A stretch of 64,000 bases of DNA, from contig OZ024741.1 of the NCBI GenBank assembly GCA_964016885.1, positions 277,698,001 to 277,762,000 on the forward strand, given 5' to 3'. Position 1 is the stretch's first letter; every line of letters starts with the position of its first letter. Position numbers and translations under genes: made by a program. Under the pieces are notes generated by a model. The model searched no databases. It was not told the origin of the DNA and saw only the letters and a program-made list of their open reading frames with translations. The DNA comes from Eledone cirrhosa (taxonomy: Eukaryota). This document shows, piece after piece, positions 40,060-53,446 of this stretch.

Positions 40060-40315
40060 TGACCCTCCTGAGTACTACACCACAACGTCCATTTCTGTCG
40101 CGAGCCAGGATTTGGGTTATCGTAAAGACTGTACCTCCAGGGTCGTGGGGGTATTACAAAGTGGAGCAGTTTACCACCTCCCCTCCATCCATCTCTACCA
40201 CAAGCCAGGATTTGGGTTATCACCAAGTCTTTACCAGTCCATTCTACGATGTTATCCGCCTACTTTTTTTTTTCTTTTCTTCTGAGGTCCTTGCCACCTT
40301 TTCCTCTAAACTGTT
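40060..40315 (-). pseudogene. RTE-type LINE ORF C-terminal fragment, partly duplicated
   Basis: ADNIVEWTGKDLVITQILACGRDGWR resembles the RTE terminal W.DNI.EWTG..DR..WR; gccaggatttgggttatc occurs twice. Confidence 0.45.
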
Positions 40316-41714
40316 GGTGGGTTTTATTGCTGATATGATGGTGGTGGTGGTGGTGGTAGTAGTGGTAGTGGTGGCGGAGGTGGTGGTCATCGTCGTCGTC
40401 GTCGTGCTGGTGCTGGTGGTCATGGTGCTGGTACTGGTGCTGGTGGTGGTACTGCTTTTGGTGGTGGTCGTGGTGGTATTGGTCGTGGTGGTGTTGGTGG
40501 TGCTGGTGGTAGTGCTGGTGCTGGTAGTGGTCGTGGTGGTGCTGGTGCTGGTGCTGGTGCTGGTAGTGGTCGTGGTGGTGGTGGTGCCTGTGGTTTTATA
40601 GCTGATATTGATATTGATGGGGGGGAGGGGTTAATGGTGATAGTTCTGGTGGTATTTTTGTTATTGGAGGAAGTAGAGTGGAGTGGGGGTCGTTGATGAT
40701 GGTGTTGGTTGTATTTTTATTACAGCTATTGCTTATGGTTTTTTTTTTGGGGGGGGGGGTTATTACTGTTGATGCTGTTGAAGTTTTTTTAAGGGTTGTA
40801 GGGGGGAGAATAGTAATCCAACTCCTTGACACGGCGATGAAGTAACACCCCCAAAACACCCTCCCAAAAAAAGAAACAATCATCTTGTACAGCTGGTGAC
40901 AGTGGTTTACTGTAATAGCTACCCCGGAGATTGGAGATTGCCGAGGGGTTCCCAGACATAACCATGGGAGCCAGAGGAACTAGAGGAACGAGGGTGGGGC
41001 TGTGGGAAAGAGTCTCTAAGAAAAGGGGGTAGTGTAGTACTGGAGAGAGAGACGGAGCCGGGGCTGTGGAAAAGACAGATTTACGACATCACCATCTCAT
41101 GCACACACATTGACTCTTTTTTTTGTAGGGGAGAGAAGTCACATAGAATAAGATTACGCATGTATGTACGTGTCTGCGTGTCTTGTGCATGTGTGTGAAT
41201 AAGTGTGTGTGTGTGTTTATGTATGTATTATATATATATGCATGTATGTATGTATGTATGAATGTATGAATGTATGTATATATGTATGTAGGCGTCTGTG
41301 TGTGTGTGCGTGTGTATATAAATCTACGTGTGCATGTATGTATGTATGTATGTATGTATGATGGCAAGTGACCCCTCGGTGGCCCACGGTAGTACTTTAG
41401 GGGCCAATGCAAAAACTTTGCTTTCAAAGAAAATATCAGAAGCCCTAGAGAAAGAATAAAAAATTTAAAATTAACAAATAAAACAATTAATACAGACATA
41501 CAAAAAAATACTTGATTTGATCTCCACAAACAAAATGTTATATTCTCGTATGTGTGTGCATATAGATAGATAGATATACATATGAATCCCCCTCCCCACT
41601 CTCAAGCGTGAACCTAATACCTAACACCTTTCGTAACTGTACTCCTTGTTGTTGTTATTTACTTTATACCTGATTATGATGATGATGATGATGATGATGG
41701 CTGCACCTGCCTGC

Positions 41715-41870
41715 CCCTTCAATCTATTTTATTTCTCATTTTTTCTTCTGTTGAAGGACTAGTGTCCGAAACGTTAACACCTTCTCTTCCTGCTATATCA
41801 AGCGTTACACTAATATATTCCTTCTATATACTGTACCGTGTGCGTTATTATTTTCTGTTTACATTTTACA
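41715..41870 (+). mobile_element. Short pLTR-like repeat with minimal hammerhead-like motif (41744-41779)
   Basis: Homologous to 45315-45470; tctt-CTGTTGA-aggactagtgtcc-GAAA-cg-TT-aaca. Confidence 0.55.
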
Positions 41871-41910
41871 CACACACGCACGCACGCACGCACACGCACA
41901 CACACACACA

Positions 41911-41986
<76 letters not shown>

Positions 41987-41989
41987 TAC

Positions 41990-42079
41990 ATATTTATTAA
42001 AATAACAGATTAAAGTTTAAGCAAAGAATCACTGCTTTCACCCTTTGCTTAAACTTTAATCTGTTATTTTAATAAATAT
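41990..42079. repeat. Perfect 37-bp inverted repeat with 16-nt loop
   Basis: atatttattaaaataacagattaaagtttaagcaaag pairs with ctttgcttaaactttaatctgttattttaataaatat. Confidence 0.9.
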
Positions 42080-42151
42080 TTGCTCTAGGGTTCTATCCTT
42101 AACGAGCCCTCTTTGGATTTTAGTCTTCAAATTTATTATTATTACTATATA

Positions 42152-43413
42152 CAGGGGTTGGACAAAATAATGGAAACACCTAGCATCATAGCATCATAAT
42201 TTTGAAATATCTATAAAACCGTCTAATGCTTGTTTATTTTATTTTTTTTTATTATTATTAGTGTTGCTTAATATGTTTTGTTAAAATTGCTGTTTCTTTT
42301 CAGATATCATCAGAAAAAGGTAATTAAAATAACAAATCTATCGGACTTTCAAAGAGGTCAAATTGTTGGTGCTCGTATGGCAGGCGTTAGTGTAAAGCAA
42401 ACAGCCGAAATGTTTGGTGTATCAAGAAATACTGTCTCGAAAGTAATGACAGCCTTTGAGAAAGAGAGAAAAACCTCCTCTTCGAAACAAAACTCCAGAA
42501 GACAACCAAAACTTTCAGATAGGGACCGTCGGACTCTTACGCGAATTGTTAGAAAGGATCACAAAAAGTACAGCTCCCAAAACTACTGCAGAGCTTAATG
42601 ACCACCTCGAGAACCCAGTTTCCACAAAAACTGTTCGCCGGGAGCTGCACAAAGCCGGATTTCAAGGGAGGGCTGGAATCAGAAAACCACTACTTTCAAA
42701 ACCAAACGTTGCAAAGCGTTTAAAGTGGAGTAAAAACCTACAGAATTGGTCCCTAGAGCAGTGGAAGAATGTTATTTTCTCGGACGAGTCATCCTTTTCC
42801 TTATTTCCGACCACCGGTCGAGTATACGTGTGGAGACAGCCAAAAGAAACATTTGACCCAGACTGCCTTCTTCCAACTGTTAAACATGAAGGAGGATCTG
42901 TGATGATCTGGGGGGGGGGGGGGGGCTATATCTTGGAAATCCGCCGGCCCAATGGTTTCCCTTCATGGCAGAATTAATAGTCAAGACTATTTAAGCATTT
43001 TACCTGATCAAATTCATCCTATGGTTGCGTAAGTGTTTCCGGAGGGAAACACAATCTTTCAGGATGATAATGCACCAATTCACACTGCTAAAGTTGTTAC
43101 TGAATGGCACGAGGAACATTCTAGTGAAGTTGAACATCTTATCTGGCCACCACAGTCCCCAGATCTCAATATTATTGAACATTTATGGTGCATTTTAGAA
43201 AAACAAGTAAGGAGTTGATATCCTCACTACAAGAACTGGAGACTGTTTTAGCTGAAGAATGGACAAAAATTCCTTTGGAAACAATTCAAACTTTGTACGA
43301 GTCCATACCTCGTAGAATTCAAGCTGTAATTACTGCCAAAGTCGGTCCTACCCCATATTAAAATAAATTTGTTTGAAATTTTAAGGTGTTTCCATTATTT
43401 TGTCCAACCTCTG
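42152..43413 (+). mobile_element. Tc1-type DNA transposon, full length (1262 bp), DD36E
   Basis: 30-bp TIRs caggggttggacaaaataatggaaacacct and aggtgtttccattattttgtccaacctctg (1 mismatch); TA on both sides. Confidence 0.95.
42329..43360 (+). pseudogene. Tc1 transposase, frameshifted with stops
   Basis: LSDFQRGQIVGAR (HTH), VIFSDES, FQDDNAPIH, WPPQSPDLNIIE and SIPRRIQAVITAKVGPTPY. Confidence 0.92.
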
Positions 43414-43599
43414 TATATACATATATATTGAGTGTGAAAGACTATTTTGTGGATGTGCAATTTTCACATCTTTTTATTGGATAAGGTAAGAAATTCTTAA
43501 TATAGTCTATAATCTATATTTTAACTTTACAATTTCACGGTCAGTTGCATACACAGAAATAGAGAGGATTTTTTTAAAATTTTCTTTATTCGATATAAA

Positions 43600-43728
43600 A
43601 ACTGGTGGTGAGTAGGGAGATAGCCGTAGGCCCGATGACACCAGTAGTCTCCACTGCCAGGGGTACAACCGCAAACCTGTCGGAAAGCGACCGGTATTTG
43701 AGGAGTTTAGCCTCCTCAGCCCGACGTG
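43600..43728 (-). pseudogene. Restriction-like endonuclease fragment of a CRE-like non-LTR element
   Basis: ARRAEEAKLLKYRSLSDRFAVVPLAVETTGVIG fits the AE..K..KY...P.AVET.G pattern. Confidence 0.6.
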
Positions 43729-44108
43729 CGTCGGTGGGCTCCTTTTTCTCCTGAAAACCAATATGTTTAGACCCAGTCCGCCAATGTACATACATATGTT
43801 CTGTAGACGGTAGCTATATCAATTCATTGGAATGGTGTCCGATACTCTACAGTTTTGAAACTGCAGTAAGGGAACTTAGTGAAGAATTCTAGCTTTAGAG
43901 AGCTTGACTAGGAATATATCTCCAGAGAAAGATGATTGTGAAGTGTTCTTTTTAGATAAATTTATTGGGATCTACCCCTTAGTGATTTTGTATAAAATGC
44001 TCTCTCTCTCTCTCTATATATATATATATGTGTGTGTGTGTAGAGAGAGAGAGAAGGGGGGAGACAGAGAGGGAAAGTAACAGGCCAGTTCTGCTGACAG
44101 TGCCACTG

Positions 44109-44143
<35 letters not shown>

Positions 44144-44509
44144 ACCTGTCCCAACACAAACAGTATACCAACGAAGATATTTATTTCTCCGTTGTTACGA
44201 GCCACCTATTCTTCGCAGTAATTTCAGGTAAATCGTTGAAACTGCAGAACGTATTTAAATGTTTATGATCTCTTCTTATCCATTCTATTCCTTCCTATCA
44301 TTTCTTCGAGCCAACTCACATCGAGCCGCTGATTACTCTCCTTCCAGACAATGTTTCACCCAACGCCGCTTCGACGGTATTTTGCTGTTTTAACAGCTTC
44401 CTTACGCCGAGGTTTTCAGTTTTTCTACGAATTCTAATACACTCGCGTTTCAAAAGTCAATATTCGAGTTAATTTGTTTTTATATATATTTTTTAGGAAT
44501 GATCAACTT

Positions 44510-44713
44510 TCGTCAAATCGGACCGAGGGAACAATGTTTCCGTTGGTCTTTCCAATTGCTAATACTATCTATCGGTCGCAACTCCAGGTAGAAGGAGCAA
44601 CGTGAAATAAAGTGTCTTGCTCAAGGACATAACGCATCGCCTGGTCCAGGAATCGAACTCACAACCTTACGATTGCGAATCCAATTCTCTAACCACTTAG
44701 CCACACGCCTTCA
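44510..44713 (-). mobile_element. tRNA-derived SINE (intact head)
   Basis: Minus strand gtgaaggcgtgtggctaagtggttagag..gagttcgattcctggaccaggcgatgcgttatgtccttgagcaagacact has clear A and B boxes. Confidence 0.85.
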
Positions 44714-44716
44714 CTA

Positions 44717-45187
<471 letters not shown>

Positions 45188-45314
45188 CCTCAGAAATGTT
45201 ACCTTTCAATCAATTTTTGCTGTCTGAAGAAATCATGATATCTATCGTCATGGAAATATGTATAACGGCTTAATTAATAAAGGACCCTTACATCTTCAAC
45301 TTCGCATTTTCATC

Positions 45315-45470
45315 TGTCACCTCAATCTATCTTATTTCTCATTCTTTCTTCTGATGTAGGACTAGCGTCCGAAACGTTAAGACACTCTTCCTGCTATATC
45401 AAGCGTTAACCTAATATATCCCTTCCATATACTGTACCGGTTGTATTGTTATTTCTGTTTACCTTTTACA
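45315..45470 (+). mobile_element. Short pLTR-like repeat with minimal hammerhead-like motif (45347-45382)
   Basis: tctt-CTGATGT-aggactagcgtcc-GAAA-cg-TT-aaga; homologous to 41715-41870. Confidence 0.55.
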
Positions 45471-45510
<40 letters not shown>

Positions 45511-45920
45511 TTTTTTGTCATTTTGGAAGCCTCAACAATGCAGATGGGTAAATCTCCGTGTAACAGAATCCGGTGGTAAAGAGAGAGATGTAAGGGAATG
45601 TAGAATTAGATGTATAGTGTGTAGAGGAACGTAGGAAAGAGGGTAAAAAATAAAAATAATAATACGAGATAGAGTTACCTTGGGAGAGATTTAATTGTCC
45701 CTATATTTCGGATTCGCATCCATCAACTCGGGAGTTTTCCGGGGGGGGGGGGGGCTATCTGTCGGAGAGGAACGGTACGTGGCCTCTGTTGTCCGCTGTT
45801 TGTGTGTAACTCTGTGTAATTAATACACAGAGGGACATAAGTATAGTCCGACCGTATGCTAGTGTTGTTCAATGGCAAGTTAATAAATTAACAAGCCAGA
45901 ACATATAAAATCAGGGAGTG

Positions 45921-46033
45921 TAAACACAGAAAATATCCTTAAAAATATATAAAAAATATAGATTCCAAAAAATTCACTGTACTTACTAGAATCTATATTT
46001 TTTATATATCTTTTAGGATATTTTCTGTGTTTA
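45921..46033. repeat. Imperfect ~45-bp inverted repeat
   Basis: taaacacagaaaatatcct..aaaaaatatagattc pairs with gaatctatatttttt..aggatattttctgtgttta. Confidence 0.8.
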
Positions 46034-46158
46034 TATATATACAGTGGAAGGTAATATCCGTAGTGGTAGAGCACTCAGTCCATGGGACGAGTTAGTGATA
46101 GAGCACTCAGTCCATGGGACGTCTATATATATAGGTAGAAGGGGTTACACTTAGGTAG

Positions 46159-46248
46159 AAGTGGTTACACAACAGTTAGTTCACCATAGCGAGAACAATT
46201 GTTTCACCTTAGCGTTCTCGGTATGGTGAACTAATTGTTGTGTAACCA

Positions 46249-46251
<3 letters not shown>
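46159..46251. repeat. 38-bp inverted repeat (2 mismatches)
   Basis: aagtggttacacaacagttagttcaccatagcgagaac pairs with gttctcggtatggtgaactaattgttgtgtaaccactt. Confidence 0.85.
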
Positions 46252-46292
<41 letters not shown>

Positions 46293-46293
<1 letters not shown>

Positions 46294-46954
46294 TAGCAGT
46301 TTAGCCCGGCGTTGCTCGGGTTTGTTCATTTGCTATGAAAAGTTACATACAGGTAAACGTGGCTTGAAAGCGAATAAGCTTATCAATTAAGTGCATAAAG
46401 CAGTTGAACCGGTTATTAAAAGTTACGAACCAATTAGCATTTTGGACAATCAATGATGGGTTAATAATCTTCCAATAGAAAATTTAGCAGACCAAAGTTG
46501 CAAGATGGTGGCCCTGGTGCCGCTGGGTGTCAGATCTGTCCGCCATGGGTAACTCTACCAGGAAATAGTTTTCCAGACGGCATAGCTCCAACACCTCCAA
46601 CACCTGCACCAACATCTCTAGCACCTCTTTGTAGACGATATTGTGTGTCATCCCTTGAGGAGTGTAAGCAAAAAGTCCATTCCTGCTTCCTACTCGGGAA
46701 CAGGCAACATAAAGTTGACAATGGGAGAAGCCTGGCTCTCCCAAATGGATGCCCGCCACCGGCAATGTTTGCCCTTGTGACTTGTTAATGGACATGGCAA
46801 AACATGCTTGACAGAAAGTATTGACAGGTATATTTTAAACAACGTAAAAGAAAGAAGAACATACAGGTAAACGTGTCTTGAAACCGAATTGAATAGAATC
46901 CGTTGGAAATTGTGGATGTGCATACGTTACAAACCTTAACACACACATCCTCAG

Positions 46955-46965
<11 letters not shown>
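46293..46965 (-). mobile_element. Non-autonomous Helitron with PIF1-helicase C-terminal remnant
   Basis: MSINKSQGQTL..GIHLGEPGFSHCQLYVACSRVG..NIVYKEVL (46484..46795); 3' end cccgagcaacgccggg hairpin plus CTAG|T; the 5' end merges into (TA)n. Confidence 0.85.
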
Positions 46966-47016
<51 letters not shown>

Positions 47017-47095
47017 ATGCATTTATATGCATAGAGACATGTGTTTTTGTTTGTATGTTTATGTGTGTACGTAATAGTGTGTCAGTGTGTGTGAC

Positions 47096-47149
<54 letters not shown>

Positions 47150-47294
47150 TGTGTGTGTGTGTGTGTTGGGGTGGCTTAGGCAGCATTGACCAAAAGACAC
47201 CAAAATTCCAACGTCTGTGGGCGTAATGTACAGTTGAAATTTAATTCCTTGCAAGGGATGAAATGGGGAGGGGGGGAGGGGATTTAGCCGCTAC

Positions 47295-47546
47295 ATAACC
47301 ACAACTATCACGACAACAACAACTGCCACCATCACCATCACCACATAACCTCCAACACAACCACCACAACAACAAACACCACCATAATAGCAATCACCAC
47401 CATAACAACAACAACCATCACCACAATAACCACCATCATCACCACAACAACCACCTCCACCATCATCCCCACCATCTTCATCACCAACCACCACCAGCAC
47501 CACCAGCACCCCCACAATAACTACCACCACCACCACCACAACCGCC

Positions 47547-47580
<34 letters not shown>

Positions 47581-47762
47581 CCACGACGACCATCATCATC
47601 ATCATCATCAACACCATCACCACAACCTCCACAACCTCCATAACAACAACAACAACCACGACGACCATCACCACCATCATCATCATCACCACCACCATCA
47701 CAACCTCCATAACAACCACGACCATCACTAATACTACCACCATCAACACCACCATCACCACC
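47295..47762. repeat. (CAC/CAA/CAT)n low-complexity tract
   Basis: Direct reading of the sequence. Confidence 0.85.
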
Positions 47763-47789
47763 TTGCAGCCTCCCAGTCCAACATCAGTA

Positions 47790-49521
47790 AACACACACAT
47801 ACACACATACATACACACATGCACACATACATACATACACACATACACACATACACACATACATATATACATACATACACACATGCACACATACATACAC
47901 ACATACACACAAACACATACACACACACACATACACACACACACATCCACACATACACACACATACACATACATACACACACACACATACACACACATAC
48001 ATACATACATACATACATACATACATACACACATACACACATACACACACATACACACACACATACATCCACACATACACACACATACACATACATACAC
48101 AGACACACATACATACACACATACACACATACATACACACATACACACATACATACACACACATACACACACATACATCCACACATACACACACATACAC
48201 ATACATACACACATACACACATACATACACACATACACACATACATACACACACATACACACACACATACATCCACACATACACACACATACACATACAA
48301 ACACACACACACATACACATACACATACATACACACACATACACACATACATCCACACATACACACACATACACATACACACACATACACATACACACAC
48401 ACACACATACACACACACATACATACACACACATACACACACACATACATCCACACATACACACATATACACATACATACACACACACACACATACATAC
48501 ACACACATACATCCACACATACATCGACACATACACACACATACACATACATACACACACACACACATACACACACATACATCCACACATACACACACAT
48601 ACACATACACACACACACATACACACACATACATACACACACACATACACACACACATACATACACACACATACATCCACACATACACACACACATACAC
48701 ACATGCATACATCCACACATACACACACATACACACACATACACATACATACATACACACATACACACACATACACACATACATACACACATATACATAC
48801 ACACACATACATACATACACATACATACATACACACACATACATACACACATACATACACACATACACACACACATACACATACATACACACATACATAC
48901 ACACACATACATACACACACATACATACACACACATACATACACACACATACATACACACACATACATACACATACACATACATACACACACACACATAC
49001 ATACACACACATACACACACACACATACATACACACTCACATACATACACACACATACACACGCACACATACATACACACTCACATACATACACACACAT
49101 ACACACACACACATACATACACACTCACATACATACACACACATGCATACACACACACATACATACACACTCACATACATACACACACATGCATACACAC
49201 ACACATACATACACACTCACATACATACACACACATACACACACACACATACATACACACTCACATACATACACACACATGCATACACACTCACATACAT
49301 ACACACACATGCATACACACACATGCATACACACTCACATACATACACACACATGCATACACACACACATACATACATACACACACATACACACACACAC
49401 ATACATACACACTCACATACATACACACACATACACACACACACATACACACACACACATACATACACACTCACATACATACACACACATACATACACAC
49501 ACACATACATACATACACACA
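47790..49521. repeat. (CA)n/(CATA)n compound microsatellite
   Basis: Direct reading; source of the His/Thr and Cys/Val pseudo-ORFs. Confidence 0.95.
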
Positions 49522-49663
49522 TGAGGGTTCCATGGGCGTTTCTCGGAATGTGTTCTTGAGAATTTGTCTGTCCTTCTTTGTTGAGGGTGGGGGCGAGAGA
49601 CGGAGGGGGAGGGGGAGTAGGGCTAATGTTTTGTTTTTAAATATTTTATATCATAAGGGGATG

Positions 49664-52612
49664 AGGTGGTGGTGGTGGTGGGTGGTAATGTTGGTGGGGG
49701 TGTTGTTGTTGTGGGTGGTGGTGGTTGTGGTGTTGTTGGAGGTGGTGGTGGTGTTGTTGGTGGTGTTGGTGGTGGTGCTCGTGTTGTTGTTGTTGATGTT
49801 GATGGTGGTGGTGGTGGTTGTGGTGTTGTTGGAGGTGGTGGTGGTGGTGGTGGTGGTGTTGTTGTTGTTGATGTTGATGGTGGTGGTGGTGGTGGTGTTG
49901 TTGGAGGTGGTGGTGGTGGTGGTGGTGGTGTTGGTGGTGGTGCTGGTGTTATTGTTGTTGATGTTGATGGTGGTGGTGGTTGTGGTGTTGTTGGAGGTGG
50001 TGGTGGTGGTGGTGGTGTTGGTGGTGCTCGTGTTGTTGTTGTTGATGTTGATGGTGGTAGTGGTTGTTGTGGGTGGTGGTGGTTGTGGTGTTGTTGGAGG
50101 TGGTGGTGGTGGTGTTGGTGGTGCTCGTGTTGTTGTTGTTGATGTTGATGGTGGTAGTGGTTGTGGTGGTGGTGGTGGTGGTGGTGGTGGTGGTGTTGGA
50201 GGTGGTCGTGGTGGTGGTGGTGGTGGTGTTGGTGGTGCTGGTGTTATTGTTGTTGATGTTGATGGTGGTGGTGGTGGTGGTGTTGTTGGAGGTGGTGGTG
50301 GTGGTGGTGGTGGTGGTGGTGGTGTTGGTGGTGCTGGTGTTATTGTTGTTGATGTTGATGGTGGTGGTGGTGGTGGTGTTGTTGGAGGTGGTGGTGGTGG
50401 TGGTGGTGGTGGTGGTGTTGTTGGTGGTGCTGGTGTTATTGTTGTTGATGTTGATGGTGGTGGTGGTGGTGGTGTTGTTGGAGGTGGTGGTGGTGGTGGT
50501 GGTGGTGGTGGTGTTGTTGGTGGTGCTGGTGTTATTGTTGTTGATGTTGATGGTGGTGGTGGTTGTGGTGGTGGTGGTGGTGGTGGTGGTGGTGGTGGTG
50601 TTGGTGGTGCTGGTGTTATTGTTGTTGATGTTGATGGTGGTGGTGGTTGTGGTGGTGGTGGTGGTGGTGGTGGTGGTGTTGTTGGTGGTGCTGGTGTTAT
50701 TGTTGTTGATGTTGATGGTGGTGGTGGTTGTGGTGGTGGTGGTGGTGGTGGTGGTGGTGTTGTTGGTGGTGCTGGTGTTATTGTTGTTGATGTTGATGGT
50801 GGTGGTGGTTGTGGTGGTGGTGGTGGTGGTGGTGGTGGTGGTGTTGGTGGTGCTGGTGTTATTGTTGTTGATGTTGATGGTGGTGGTGGTGGTGTTGTTG
50901 GAGGTGGTGGTGGTGGTGGTGGTGGTGTTGTTGGTGGTGCTGGTGTTATTGTTGTTGATGTTGATGGTGGTGGTGGTTGTGGTGGTGGTGGTGGTGGTGG
51001 TGGTGGTGGTGTTGGTGGTGCTGGTGTTATTGTTGTTGATGTTGATGGTGGTGGTGGTTGTGGTGGTGGTGGTGGTGGTGGTGGTGGTGTTGTTGGTGGT
51101 GCTGGTGTTATTGTTGTTGATGTTGATGGTGGTGGTGGTTGTGGTGGTGGTGGTGGTGGTGGTGGTGGTGGTGTTGGTGGTGCTGGTGTTATTGTTGTTG
51201 ATGTTGATGGTGGTGGTGGTTGTGGTGGTGGTGGTGGTGGTGGTGGTGGTGGTGGTGTTGTTGGTGGTGCTGGTGTTATTGTTGTTGATGTTGATGGTGG
51301 TGTTGGTTGTGGTGGTGGTGGTGGTGGTGGTGGTGGTGGTGGTGGTGTTGGTGGTGCTGGTGTTATTGTTGTTGATGTTGATGGTGGTGGTGGTTGTGGT
51401 GGTGGTGGTGGTGGTGGTGGTGGTGGTGGTGGTGGTGTTGTTGGTGGTGCTGGTGTTATTGTTGTTGATGTTGATGGTGGTGGTGGTTGTGGTGTTGGAG
51501 GTGGTGGTGGTGGTGGTGGTGGTGGTGGTGGTGTTGTTGGTGGTGCTGGTGTTATTGTTGTTGATGTTGATGGTGGTGGTGGTTGTGGTGTTGGAGGTGG
51601 TGGTGGTGGTGGTGGTGGTGCTGGTGCTGGTGTTATTGTTGTTGATGTTGATGGTGGTGGTGGTTGTGGTGTTGGAGGTGGTGGTGGTGGTGGTGGTGGT
51701 GGTGGTGGTGGTGTTGTTGGTGGTGCTGGTGTTATTGTTGTTGATGTTGATGGTGGTGGTGGTTGTGGTGTTGGAGGTGGTGGTGGTGGTGGTGGTGGTG
51801 GTGTTGTTGGTGGTGCTGGTGTTATTGTTGTTGATGTTGATGGTGGTGGTGGTTGTGGTGTTGGAGGTGGTGGTGGTGGTGGTGGTGGTGGTGTTGTTGG
51901 TGGTGCTGGTGTTATTGTTGTTGATGTTGATGGTGGTGGTGGTTGTGGTGTTGGAGGTGGTGGTGGTGGTGGTGGTGGTGGTGGTGTTGTTGGTGGTGCT
52001 CGTGTTATTGTTGTTGGTGTTGATGGTGGTGGTGGTGGTGGTGGTGGTGGTGGTGGTGGTGGTGGTGGTGGTGGTGGTGGTGGTGGTGGTGGTGGTGTTG
52101 GTGGTGGTGCTGGTGTTATTGTTGTTGATGTTGATGGTGGTGGTGGTGGTGTTGTTGGAGGTGGTGGTGGTGGTGGTGGTGGTGTTGTTGGTGGTGCTCG
52201 TGTTATTGTTGTTGGTGTTGATGGTGGTGGTGGTGGTGGTGGTGGTGGTGGTGGTGGTGGTGGTGGTGGTAGTAGTGGTGGTAATGGCGATGGTGGTGGT
52301 GGGTGGGTGGTAGTGGGGGGGTGTTGTTGGTGGGGGGGGGGTGTTGTTGGTGGTGGTGGTGTTGGTGGTGGTGGTGTTTTTGGTTTTGTTGTTGTTGGTG
52401 GTCGTGGTGGTGTTGTTGTTGTTGGTGGTGGTGGTGGTGGTAGTAGTGGTGGTAATGGTGGTGGTGATAGTGTTGGTGGGGGTGTTGTTGTTGTTGGAGG
52501 TGGTGGTGGTGGTGATATTGTTGTTGGTGATGGTGGTGGTCGTGGTTGTGGTGATGGTGGTGTTGGTTGTGGTGGTGGTGGTGGTGGTGGTGATCGTCGT
52601 GTGCGTGGTGGC
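49664..52612. repeat. (GGT)/(GTT) trinucleotide-based minisatellite with ~60-72-bp higher-order unit
   Basis: ggtgctggtgttattgttgttgatgttgat(ggt)n is repeated with variable (ggt) run lengths. Confidence 0.95.
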
Positions 52613-52662
52613 TATGTGTGTGTGAGTGTGTGTGTGTTTATTTATATGTGTGTATATATATA

Positions 52663-52985
52663 ACGACCCCCTTCGGTCATGTATGATGATGGGATTTGAA
52701 CCTAGGAAGTCTCCTCTAAGGCCCAAGTCCGGGCAAGATTGTTTGTGGAAGACCAGCTGCCGTCCATACATACCAGTCTCCCCTCTCCACGCCACCGATG
52801 TTGTCCAAGAGAAAGACAAAGACCGATGCAGCTTAGCACCAGTGACGTCGCAACTCATTTCTATAGCTGAGTCAACTGGAACAACATGAAAATAAAGTGT
52901 CTTGTTCAAGAACACAACACACAGCGCGATCGGGGACTCGAACTCACATCACGATTGTAAGCCTGACGCTCTAAACACTAAGCCA
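52663..52985 (-). mobile_element. tRNA-derived SINE (second family)
   Basis: Minus strand tggcttagtgtttagag..gtgagttcgagtcccc..gtgttgtgttcttgaacaagacact; homologous to 21118-21430. Confidence 0.85.
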
Positions 52986-53020
52986 TATATATATATATCT
53001 ATATATATGTCCATATATAT

Positions 53021-53096
<76 letters not shown>

Positions 53097-53446
53097 ACAC
53101 ACATATATATATATATATAATATATATATATTTATATATATATATATTATTCAGACGTGCTGTTATCTCGGACTACGTTAACCAATCCGCCTTTCCGTTT
53201 GCTGTATTGCTGTTATTGTTATTGTTGTTGTTGTTTTGTCTAAGATGGTATTGTGTGATATTTGTTTTGTTTTTGTTTTGTTCATCGTTTTGTTTCACCC
53301 CCATTGCCCCACTCCCCGACACCTCATCTTACCCCCACCACACCCTACTTTCATACAACAGTAGTGCATTGTGTCGGTTTAGTTGTTCATGTAGACTACC
53401 AATAGCTGACCAGAGTGATATTGTATTTTATTGTATTTATTTCGGT

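Noticed and set aside
47291-52915. Very long ORFs (1614, 988, 749, 598 and 581 aa) resembling Gly-rich or mucin-like proteins
   Set aside because: They are stop-free microsatellite frames open on both strands and in several frames, with no non-repetitive domain.
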